From contig JBBIRR010000016.1 of NCBI GenBank assembly GCA_037441705.1, forward strand, positions 10,904 through 74,903: DNA of 64,000 nt, written 5' to 3'. Origin of the DNA: Ignavibacteriales bacterium. GTDB lineage: Bacteria > Bacteroidota > Ignavibacteria > UBA10030 > UBA6906. The first letter of the stretch is position 1, and every line of letters starts with the position of its first letter. Position numbers and translations under genes: made by a program. The notes beneath the pieces are model-generated. The model saw nothing but the letters and a program-made list of their open reading frames with translations, did no database searches and was not told the DNA's origin. Shown here in pieces: positions 56,404-64,000 of the stretch.

Positions 56404-57486
56404 CTACTTCACCAGCATCATTCGCCGCGTTTGGGTGAACGAACCGGCTTGCATCTTCGCGAAGTAGATTCCGCTCGGCACACCCTCGGCAACCCAGCGA
56501 ACGACATACGTGCCCGGTTCTTTCTGCTCGTTGACCAGCGCAGCAACCTCCTGACCGAGCAGGTTGTACACCTTCAGCGAGACAAAAGAAGACTTCGGAA
56601 CATGATACTCGAGCGTGGTAGAGGGATTGAACGGATTGGGATAGTTCTGTTGCAGCGCAAATTCCGTGGGCAGCTCCGTCGCTGCAACGACGTCTGTTGC
56701 AATCGGTCCGCTCCACGATGTCGAGAACGGATCAATGAGGATGTTTCCGCTGTTTGGTTGCGACGTATCAACCGCGGCTACCTGAACAGAAGCTCCATTG
56801 CGGGCGATGAACTGATAGCTGATGGTGCGTCCGGTTGAAGCGCCGGAGTAGCGATCGTCAATCCGGATGCGCAGCGCCTGATGTGAGCCAAAAGCTCCGG
56901 GCAGAGTCAGCGTGCCGTGGGCATCCACCGTATTGATAATGGTGTGATCCGTTGCTTGCTGCAGAAGCGGAAAACCGCCGATGGTCACAATAAGGCTTTC
57001 GCGGTACGTCGTCGTCCATGACGTTCCGAGAGTCATGGGAAGCTGGTAGAGCACTTCGGGCGGGATGTTGGTGGCTCGCAGCACTGCTGTACCCAACGGT
57101 GTGGGGCCCTCGCCACCAGCTCCCCGGGTGAGCAGGTTCGCTCCCAATTCCAGGTAGAGCCACACCGTTCCGGTAATACCCATCAGCGTTTGCCGCTGCT
57201 GCAACGCGTGCGTCGCTCCGGGAAACCAGCCGATGTACGGCGTTCCGGATGGCGTTACGCTCGTAAGAGTATCAAGGACATGTGTTGCAAGCCCGCCGAA
57301 GTTCCACGTGTTGGCTGTTGAGCCGGGCGTGCCGATATTGACCTGAGCGGTGAGTGTATCCAACCGGTTGATGAGCCTGTTGCCGACCGCGAGTTGTGCC
57401 GAGACATCCCCCGTGGTGATGGTGATCTGCGCGAGCGAGCCGACCACAACGCAGCAGATCATGAACAGGGTAAGAAAGGCTCTCAT
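56404..57486 (-). CDS. T9SS type A cargo protein of unknown function
   Basis: Signal peptide AQITIT, G.LTLPG..G and CTD LQQNYPNPFNPST ... SGIYF. SD AAGGAGG. Confidence 0.85.
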   Translation of the reverse strand: MRAFLTLFMICCVVVGSLAQITITTGDVSAQLAVGNRLINRLDTLTAQVNIGTPGSTANTWNFGGLATHVLDTLTSVTPSGTPYIGWFPGATHALQQRQTLMGITGTVWLYLELGANLLTRGAGGEGPTPLGTAVLRATNIPPEVLYQLPMTLGTSWTTTYRESLIVTIGGFPLLQQATDHTIINTVDAHGTLTLPGAFGSHQALRIRIDDRYSGASTGRTISYQFIARNGASVQVAAVDTSQPNSGNILIDPFSTSWSGPIATDVVAATELPTEFALQQNYPNPFNPSTTLEYHVPKSSFVSLKVYNLLGQEVAALVNEQKEPGTYVVRWVAEGVPSGIYFAKMQAGSFTQTRRMMLVK

Positions 57487-57710
57487 ACTTCCTCCTTGGT
57501 TATTTGAGTACACGGATCGTGAATTAGGGGAATTGCTCCATGCTCGAAATAACGCCCCCCGCGTCGCGGCAGAGCAGCCGACGCATTGACGAGTCGGTTT
57601 CTGCTGCGGCTAAAGCTATCCTTCTCCTTCATCAAAAGCAAGCCCGCACACACATCGAACGTGTGGCGGGCCAGAACCGCACAGAAAGAGGAAGCTTTTC
57701 GATCAATCAC

Positions 57711-58511
57711 TCAACGCAAGAGCAGCATTCGCCGGGTCTGTGCACGATCCCCGGATGTGAGTCTGTAGAAATACACGCCGCTCGGCAAATCACCTCCACC
57801 GAAGTCCGATGCGCGGTGAGCCGAAAACTCTACCGACCCGACTCCCGAAGCCAGCACACCGTCAATCAGCGTCGCCACTTCGCGTCCCAACACATCAAAT
57901 ACCTGTAGCGTAACTCGAGCGGGCTTCTCGAGCCTGAATCTGATGGTTGTTACGGGATTGAAAGGATTGGGATAATTCTGTTCCAACGCGAACTCCTCCG
58001 GTGCAGGCGCAACGGTCTCGACACCCGTAGTAATCTCGGTGGAACTCAGCGTTATGAATGTGCTTTGCCCATTCGCGCTGTTCGTTGTTCCTTGAAATCC
58101 CGCGCAGTAGAAGTTCACGACCCCGGTTCCCGCAGCGGGCGCAGTCCACCGAAATACAGCCGTATCAATCGCGTGGGGATTTGCATACACACCACCATCG
58201 GCGCCGCTGTACAGCGCGGTATTCGTCACGTTGGCAAATGTTCCCGCCACCGTCGTTGTTGACCCAACACGCGTCGTCGCGTTGAAGTTGACGATACGAG
58301 ACCCGCCATTATGGGCAACAACGATCGTGTATGTTTGGCCCGGTTGGTAGGAAGAGGGAAATCCGCTGACCACCATTGTTCCGGCTGTTCCTCCGTGGCA
58401 CGATGAAGCACATCGGGGCCTTCCGGGCGCACCCGAGTACCCGCCTGTGTACGAGTTGTGTCCATAGGCGACCACCGTTACACCGACAAGCACTGCAAGT
58501 AACCATTTCAT
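57711..58511 (-). CDS. T9SS type A cargo with a Reeler/choice-of-anchor-V-like domain
   Basis: G.SGAPG...CASSCH, YQPGQTY.I, WTAPAAGTG.V.FY and CTD NYPNPFNP. Confidence 0.78.
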   Translation of the reverse strand: MKWLLAVLVGVTVVAYGHNSYTGGYSGAPGRPRCASSCHGGTAGTMVVSGFPSSYQPGQTYTIVVAHNGGSRIVNFNATTRVGSTTTVAGTFANVTNTALYSGADGGVYANPHAIDTAVFRWTAPAAGTGVVNFYCAGFQGTTNSANGQSTFITLSSTEITTGVETVAPAPEEFALEQNYPNPFNPVTTIRFRLEKPARVTLQVFDVLGREVATLIDGVLASGVGSVEFSAHRASDFGGGDLPSGVYFYRLTSGDRAQTRRMLLLR

Positions 58512-58849
58512 AGGAACCCCTCCTGTTTGATGATAGAAATCAGGGCGACGACGATCTCTTCTCTTGACGACGAATCGCATGCCAGAATCGTCGTGCGTCT
58601 GGCTCAGGAATTCTTCGAGGAATGTACCACTCTCGTTCGTTGTTTCTCAGAGACAGGAATAATCTCTCCCGCTTTTGCCAATCATGCACGTGCGGCATCC
58701 TTACCGTTACTGAACAGCGGGGTGTGTTGTATTCGCTTTGCCGCTTCTGTATATTGCAAGAGAGGAATGGGGGAGCTTCCGCCGGGGAATCGGCAGAGGC
58801 TCTCGTCGTTTATGCGATGAAGGCAATCTCATCACTACCGGATGTGTGC

Positions 58850-59356
58850 ATGCGTTTCGAGTGGCGGTGTTTGCTGGTCGGTTTGCTTCTGTTTCCGAGT
58901 TGCGACACGGGTCTCTCGCCCTTGAACGAGCCGTCCGGTTTCCGCGGCGTTGTGCGTTTCAAAAACTGGCCACCGCCCGATAGCGTGCGTGAGCTACGCA
59001 TCGTTGCCTTTGAGAAACTCCCGAAAGACACCACCAATATCTTCGCCGCGTTGATTGACGGAAAGGCGGCAGTCTACCCCGAGATTGAACGTCGCCTCCC
59101 AACACACGTTGACAGCATCGAGTACGAATTTACCACCAAATCGGGGTTCAATCTGAAAGTCACCAACTACGAGTATGTCATCGTCGCGTGGCAATACGGA
59201 CCATTTATCTTCACCGACTGGCTGCCCGCTGGCGTGTATGCAGTAAGGCCGAACTCGTTCGAGCCGGCGCCGGTACGAGTTCTTCTGCACCGCATCATTC
59301 CCAACGTTGATATCGAAGTGGACTTCCGCAATCATCCCCAGTGGCCATGGCGTTGA
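58850..59356 (+). CDS. Hypothetical lipoprotein, partner of the TonB receptor
   Basis: Lipobox FPSC-DTGL.P and WPP.DS...LR.V. Overlaps the start of the TonB receptor gene. Confidence 0.65.
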   Translation: MRFEWRCLLVGLLLFPSCDTGLSPLNEPSGFRGVVRFKNWPPPDSVRELRIVAFEKLPKDTTNIFAALIDGKAAVYPEIERRLPTHVDSIEYEFTTKSGFNLKVTNYEYVIVAWQYGPFIFTDWLPAGVYAVRPNSFEPAPVRVLLHRIIPNVDIEVDFRNHPQWPWR

Positions 59357-61539
59357 CGCTCCGGATTGTTGCTTTCGTAATCGCTCTCCCCGCGCTCGGA
59401 TTTGCAGCAAGCGGCTCCATCGCCGGACGGGTGACTTCTGCCGTCAATGCCGAACCGTTAGCGGGCGTCAACATCTTACTGCAAGGAACTGTTCGCGGAG
59501 CGACAACAAACACCTCCGGTGAATTCCGCATCCGAGAGGTACCGCCCGGAACCTACACGCTGCTGTTCTCGTTCGTGGGGTATCAGCTGGTTCGGCTCCC
59601 CGATGTTGTTGTTCGAGACGGAGAAGAAACATCCGTCGCCGTGACCATGAAGGAAGCTCCGCTGCAAACCGAGCAGGTTGTCGTCACGGCAAGCAAACGA
59701 GAACAATCGTTGGCGGAAGTTCCGGTGAGCATATCGGTTATGGACGCAGCAGCGATGTACGCACGCAACTCCACCACGATTGATGAGGCATTACGCTACG
59801 TGCCCGGTGTGAATCTGACCGGATCGCAAGTCAACATTCGCGGCTCGAGCGGCTACAGCTTAGGCGCCGGCAGCCGCGTGCTGATGATGTTGGACGGTAT
59901 CCCCTTCATTGCCGGCGACACGGGAGAACTGCTTTTCGAAGCAATTCCTGTCGGTCAGATTGATCGCATCGAGGTGGTGAAAGGCGCCAGCTCAGCCCTG
60001 TACGGTTCCAATGCGCTGGGCGGCGTCATCAACATCATCACGAAACCCATTGGGCACTCGGCGGATGTGCGTGTTCGGATGTACGGCGGGTTGTACAACA
60101 AACCTTCGCACGAACAATGGCGGTGGTCGGACAAGACGCGATTCTTCAACGGTCAGTCGGTCGGCTATTCGGATAGAGTGGATGACTTCGCCTTCTCGCT
60201 GTTTCTCAGCAGGCAGTTCGATGACGGCTATCGCCAGAACGATTATCGCCGCCGCTACAATGCGTACGTGAAAATGCGACAGGAATTCTCCGGCTCAACC
60301 ACATTCACAATGAACGCGGGCCTGCTGCATCAGTTCAACGGATGGTTTCTCTTCTGGCGCAACTTAGACTCAGCCCTCATCCCTCCACCAAAAAATCAAA
60401 CCGACAATCTGAAGTCAACACGCTTTTTCGTGAACGGACTCTTCAACACCGTTCTCTCCGACCGGGCGCTGCTTACGGCGAAAGCGATGTGGTCGCACAA
60501 CCGATGGGGATTCCAACAGATGAACGACATCAGCAGAACCGAATCCGTCACCGACGGCATACGCGTGGAAGCATCAGCCCGCGTGATTCCCACCGAAGGC
60601 CATACACTCACCGTAGGATTCGACGGCAACGCAGATATGATTGGCGGAGAGATGTTCGAGCGACGAACGATTGGCGGACTGGCGCTCTACGCACAGGATG
60701 AAATTGTTCTTGCCGATGATGTTACGCTCACCGTCGGTGCCCGATATGATTTTCAATCCGCGGGATTGGTGGAAAAGAGTATCCAGTTGAATCCGAAATC
60801 GGCGCTGACCTACTCGCCGGCAGAAGGGACGACACTGCGCGCATCGTTCGGCAGAGGCTTCAGAGTTCCGTCGGTGACGGAGGCATTTGTGGCAGCGGGT
60901 GGAGGGTTCGTGCAAGGCGTACCCAACACCGCCCTGAAGCCGGAACGAAGCTTATCCTTCGAGTTGGGCCTCTCTCAGGCGCTGGGGGCCGCCGGCCTCT
61001 TCGATATCGCGGCATTTCGCTCGGATTACGATAATCTCATCGAGCCGGAACTGAGTCTTGTCCAAGACCATCTGGAAGTGCAGTGGAGAAACGTCACGTC
61101 GGCGCGAGTGCAAGGCGTCGAGACATCAATGAAGCTCGCCTTCTTCGAAGGAAATGTGACCTCCCAGTTCGGCTACACCTACGTGTATCCCGAAGACCTA
61201 ACCAAGAACGACATTCTCAAGTATCGCCCGCGGCATGTCCTGTACGCCACTGCCGATAGTCGCTTCGGATGGCTCAGCGTGGGCGGAGACTTTCGCTTCG
61301 TCAGCCGGGTGGATCGCATCGACGACAAGTTGGTCACCAGCGGCACAATACCCGATGGCGATGAACGAACTCATATTGCCGTTGCCGACTTTCGTATCGG
61401 CGCGGAGTTTTCGCTCGCCGGCTCCTCGCTCAGCACAACGGTGCATATCAAGAACGCATTCCAGCACAACTACGTAGAACTCATCGGCAACATGATGCCG
61501 CCGAGAACGTACGTGCTTTCCTTGGAACTGAGGATGTAG
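59347..61539 (+). CDS. TonB-dependent receptor with an N-terminal carboxypeptidase-like domain
   Basis: G.I.GRV...EPL.G.NI, VVVTASKREQ, RIEVVKGASSALYGSNALGGVINIIT, GFRVPS and LKPERS. Confidence 0.93.
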   Translation: MALTLRIVAFVIALPALGFAASGSIAGRVTSAVNAEPLAGVNILLQGTVRGATTNTSGEFRIREVPPGTYTLLFSFVGYQLVRLPDVVVRDGEETSVAVTMKEAPLQTEQVVVTASKREQSLAEVPVSISVMDAAAMYARNSTTIDEALRYVPGVNLTGSQVNIRGSSGYSLGAGSRVLMMLDGIPFIAGDTGELLFEAIPVGQIDRIEVVKGASSALYGSNALGGVINIITKPIGHSADVRVRMYGGLYNKPSHEQWRWSDKTRFFNGQSVGYSDRVDDFAFSLFLSRQFDDGYRQNDYRRRYNAYVKMRQEFSGSTTFTMNAGLLHQFNGWFLFWRNLDSALIPPPKNQTDNLKSTRFFVNGLFNTVLSDRALLTAKAMWSHNRWGFQQMNDISRTESVTDGIRVEASARVIPTEGHTLTVGFDGNADMIGGEMFERRTIGGLALYAQDEIVLADDVTLTVGARYDFQSAGLVEKSIQLNPKSALTYSPAEGTTLRASFGRGFRVPSVTEAFVAAGGGFVQGVPNTALKPERSLSFELGLSQALGAAGLFDIAAFRSDYDNLIEPELSLVQDHLEVQWRNVTSARVQGVETSMKLAFFEGNVTSQFGYTYVYPEDLTKNDILKYRPRHVLYATADSRFGWLSVGGDFRFVSRVDRIDDKLVTSGTIPDGDERTHIAVADFRIGAEFSLAGSSLSTTVHIKNAFQHNYVELIGNMMPPRTYVLSLELRM

Positions 61540-61574
61540 AGACGCTCCGGGCGCGCGATGATCCTTCACGCTCG

Positions 61575-63650
61575 CTACTTACTCGATTCAGCCTTCTGCA
61601 ACACTTCCAGTCCATACTTATCACTAATATCCAACGGCGGCATGGGGCCATCGAGAGGCTTCAGGTCGCGCACGTACCAGTCGTACCAATCGAGTGTTCG
61701 ATAGAGAACGTCAATGCGTCCCGGCTGCTTCGTGTTGCCGTGCTGTTCGCCGGGATATTGCACGAGTCTCACGGCCGGATGCCCGTTCACTTTCATTCGA
61801 CGATACAATTCCATGCTTTGTGAAGGATGAACACGCGTGTCGGCTAATCCGCCCATGATGAGCGTTGCCGTCTTGCTCTGCCGTGCGTAGTAGATGGGAC
61901 TGCGCTTGAGGGCGAGGTCCCACCGATCTTCGAGATGACTTCCCGTGTGCACAAGATAGTCCTCCCACGGAATATCCGTCGTTCCGGCTTTGCTGATGAG
62001 ATCGCTGATGCCGACAAACATGCACACGGCACGGACGAGCTGGGTGTAGTATGTTGCGAACCATGCCGAAGCATAGCCGCCATAGGATCCGCCGCCCAGT
62101 CCCACGCGCTGACGATCGGCGATGCCTTGTTGCTGAAGGTATACGATGCCATCAGCGATGTCGTCGAACTCTTTTCCGGCCGGATCCCCGTAGCTTGAGC
62201 GCGCAAACTCGACGCCATAGCCGGTGCTGCCGCGATAGTTCGGATAAAATACAGCGTATCCCTTGTTGGCAAGAACCTGTCCCGGATTGCTGTAGCTTGT
62301 GATCCATTCGTTTGCGTAGTGCGCTTCCGGTCCGCCGTGCACGACAACGACAAGAGGATACGACTGCCCGGCCTTGTAATCAACCGGATACATCAGCACT
62401 CCCTCAATTTCGAGACCGTCGCGGGCTTTGTATCGAATCACCTCCTGCTTGCCGAGGGTTCGCTCAGCCAACCAAGGATTGACAGTCGTCATTCGCTGAA
62501 AATTCTTTCCGTCCCAATAGTAGACTTCTCCGGGTGATGAGGGCGTGCTGCCCACGCACGCCATTGTTTTCAGCCCCGTCGTGTATGTGATGCCGTCGAA
62601 CACAACGCCCGTCCGCTCCGTGTGCAGCAGCACGGTTCGGTCTCTGCCCGTGAGCGGAACAGTGCAGAGCGTAGAGTTCACTCCCTCGGCGCCCCGATAA
62701 ACAATCGTGCTGCGATCCTTCCAACCCACCCACGTGACGTGGCCCCGATACTGTGTCGGCGTCAGGTTTGTCGCTGCCCCGCCCCCGGTGGGAACGACAA
62801 ACACCTGACTGACCGCATGATCGTTGCGCGTGAGTGCAGCGGCGTAGGCGAGGTGCCTGCCATCGGGACTGAATGCGTAACGGCCAAGCTTGCCTGGATT
62901 GTCGGCAACCTGCCTTCGGGTTCCTGCGGAAATATCCAGGAGGTAGATTTTCTGAAACATATACTCCTGATCAACGAGATTGAGCGGGCTGCCGCCGAAC
63001 GCGATTGTCTTTCCGTCGGGCGAGAACTCTAACGACCAGGCCGTGATGTCGTTCGTGAGTTGTAGAGGCTGTCCCGCTTTCCCTTTCTCATCAACATCAA
63101 CAATATAGATGTTGCGATGCTTGAGGTTCTCTTCGAAATACACGAACTCGTATCCCGCAGCTTTGAGACGATTTTCTTTTTCGGATGGAGGCGTGAGTGC
63201 GATGTATGCGAGCCGCTTGCCGTCGGGACTCCAGCGATAGGCAAGAACAGACGTCGGTGAATCGGTAATCTGCACGGTATCGGTTCCCCGAACAGAGATC
63301 ATCCAGACTTGCGTTTCTTTCTGCTTGTTGCGGCGCGCAAGAAAGGAGACACCGGAGCCGTCCGGGCGCCAGGCAGTTGCGCTCGCACGCTCCTTGCCCG
63401 TCAACAGTGGGCGGGTCTCTTTTGTGGCAGGAGAAACAAGAAAAAGTTCGAGGTATGCCGTGCCCGCTTCATCATTGGCCGGTCGCTGCGATTCGACTGT
63501 GTAGGCAATCCAGCTTCCATCGGGACTGATCTGTGCCGAAACGACTCGTTTGGTGTTGAGCAAGTCTTCGGCTGTGTAAGGTTGAGTTGCCTGTGCCTGA
63601 AATAGGACAAAGGCAAGAAGAGCAAGCAAGCTGTAAGAGATGTTTTTCAT
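61575..63650 (-). CDS. S9C acylaminoacyl-peptidase-like serine peptidase
   Basis: SPDG propeller repeats, VHGGP, NYRGSTGYG, GGSYGG, D.RV and YPGEQHG. Confidence 0.92.
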   Translation of the reverse strand: MKNISYSLLALLAFVLFQAQATQPYTAEDLLNTKRVVSAQISPDGSWIAYTVESQRPANDEAGTAYLELFLVSPATKETRPLLTGKERASATAWRPDGSGVSFLARRNKQKETQVWMISVRGTDTVQITDSPTSVLAYRWSPDGKRLAYIALTPPSEKENRLKAAGYEFVYFEENLKHRNIYIVDVDEKGKAGQPLQLTNDITAWSLEFSPDGKTIAFGGSPLNLVDQEYMFQKIYLLDISAGTRRQVADNPGKLGRYAFSPDGRHLAYAAALTRNDHAVSQVFVVPTGGGAATNLTPTQYRGHVTWVGWKDRSTIVYRGAEGVNSTLCTVPLTGRDRTVLLHTERTGVVFDGITYTTGLKTMACVGSTPSSPGEVYYWDGKNFQRMTTVNPWLAERTLGKQEVIRYKARDGLEIEGVLMYPVDYKAGQSYPLVVVVHGGPEAHYANEWITSYSNPGQVLANKGYAVFYPNYRGSTGYGVEFARSSYGDPAGKEFDDIADGIVYLQQQGIADRQRVGLGGGSYGGYASAWFATYYTQLVRAVCMFVGISDLISKAGTTDIPWEDYLVHTGSHLEDRWDLALKRSPIYYARQSKTATLIMGGLADTRVHPSQSMELYRRMKVNGHPAVRLVQYPGEQHGNTKQPGRIDVLYRTLDWYDWYVRDLKPLDGPMPPLDISDKYGLEVLQKAESSK

Positions 63651-63685
63651 GAGAGCTCCTGAGAAAAAATGAACATGAAGGGCCG

Positions 63686-64000
63686 TCACTTCCGCATCAT
63701 TCCTTCCGGCAGGGGAACCGCGACGATCTCGCCGCGCGCCGTCACGTCTCCGTCAACGTGAAGCGAAACCTCGACCACAATTTTGCGCGTGCCGATTTCT
63801 TTGGCGCGCCCGCGGAGTTCCAGTTCCGGTCCAAGCGGCGTGGGCTTGAGGTAATCAACTTTCAACGAGGCAGTAACGTAGCGGGGAGCCGCCGTCTCTC
63901 CGATGGATCGCCCCGCGTTTCGCTCGGCAATGGCTGCCGCCGTTGCCATGCCGTGACAATCCATCAGCGAGGCTATCAATCCACCATACACAAAGCCCGG
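63686..64000 (-). CDS. PaaI/hotdog-fold thioesterase (5' end outside the window)
   Basis: PGFVYGGLIASLMDCH and VTASLKVDYLKPTPLG. Confidence 0.85.
   Translation of the reverse strand, partial: PGFVYGGLIASLMDCHGMATAAAIAERNAGRSIGETAAPRYVTASLKVDYLKPTPLGPELELRGRAKEIGTRKIVVEVSLHVDGDVTARGEIVAVPLPEGMMRK

Overview
Bacterial chromosomal window with moderately high GC. It most likely comes from an Ignavibacteria-like member of the Bacteroidota/Chlorobiota group. Three secreted proteins carry NYPNPFNP-type T9SS C-terminal sorting domains, yet the genes use Shine-Dalgarno sites and TTGACA-17-TATATT promoters. Contents, in order: a LacI-regulated alpha-glucan locus (PPIase, GH13, LacI, MalK-type ATPase, sodium:solute symporter, DPP-IV); three small unknown ORFs converging on a deacetylase/GNAT/DegT module; carA; a cobalamin-riboswitch btuB-btuG operon; deoC plus two SPOR lipoproteins; a long minus-strand housekeeping run (Ig-like lipoprotein, mltG, YfhO, tsaD, AlaX, VPS10 propeller, lptD, rarA, ftsB, ddl, class II aldolase, redoxins, asd, lysA, class V aminotransferase, xerD, 7TM-HD); a heme-motif porin with two monoheme cytochromes; three hypothetical genes, two of them tandem paralogs; an M1 peptidase; T9SS cargo; a TonB receptor; an S9 peptidase; and a partial thioesterase. 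I found no rRNA, tRNA, CRISPR array or transposase. Best leads: (1) DeoC and the class II aldolase each carry an apparent microcompartment encapsulation peptide with no shell genes nearby, suggesting a dispersed metabolosome; (2) a minimal CxxCH-porin/monoheme cytochrome operon; (3) a duplicated ~240-bp promoter/leader module with a 25-nt identical core; (4) the small-ORF cluster at 9.0-9.8 kb. All assignments come from manual motif recognition. No database searches were run.
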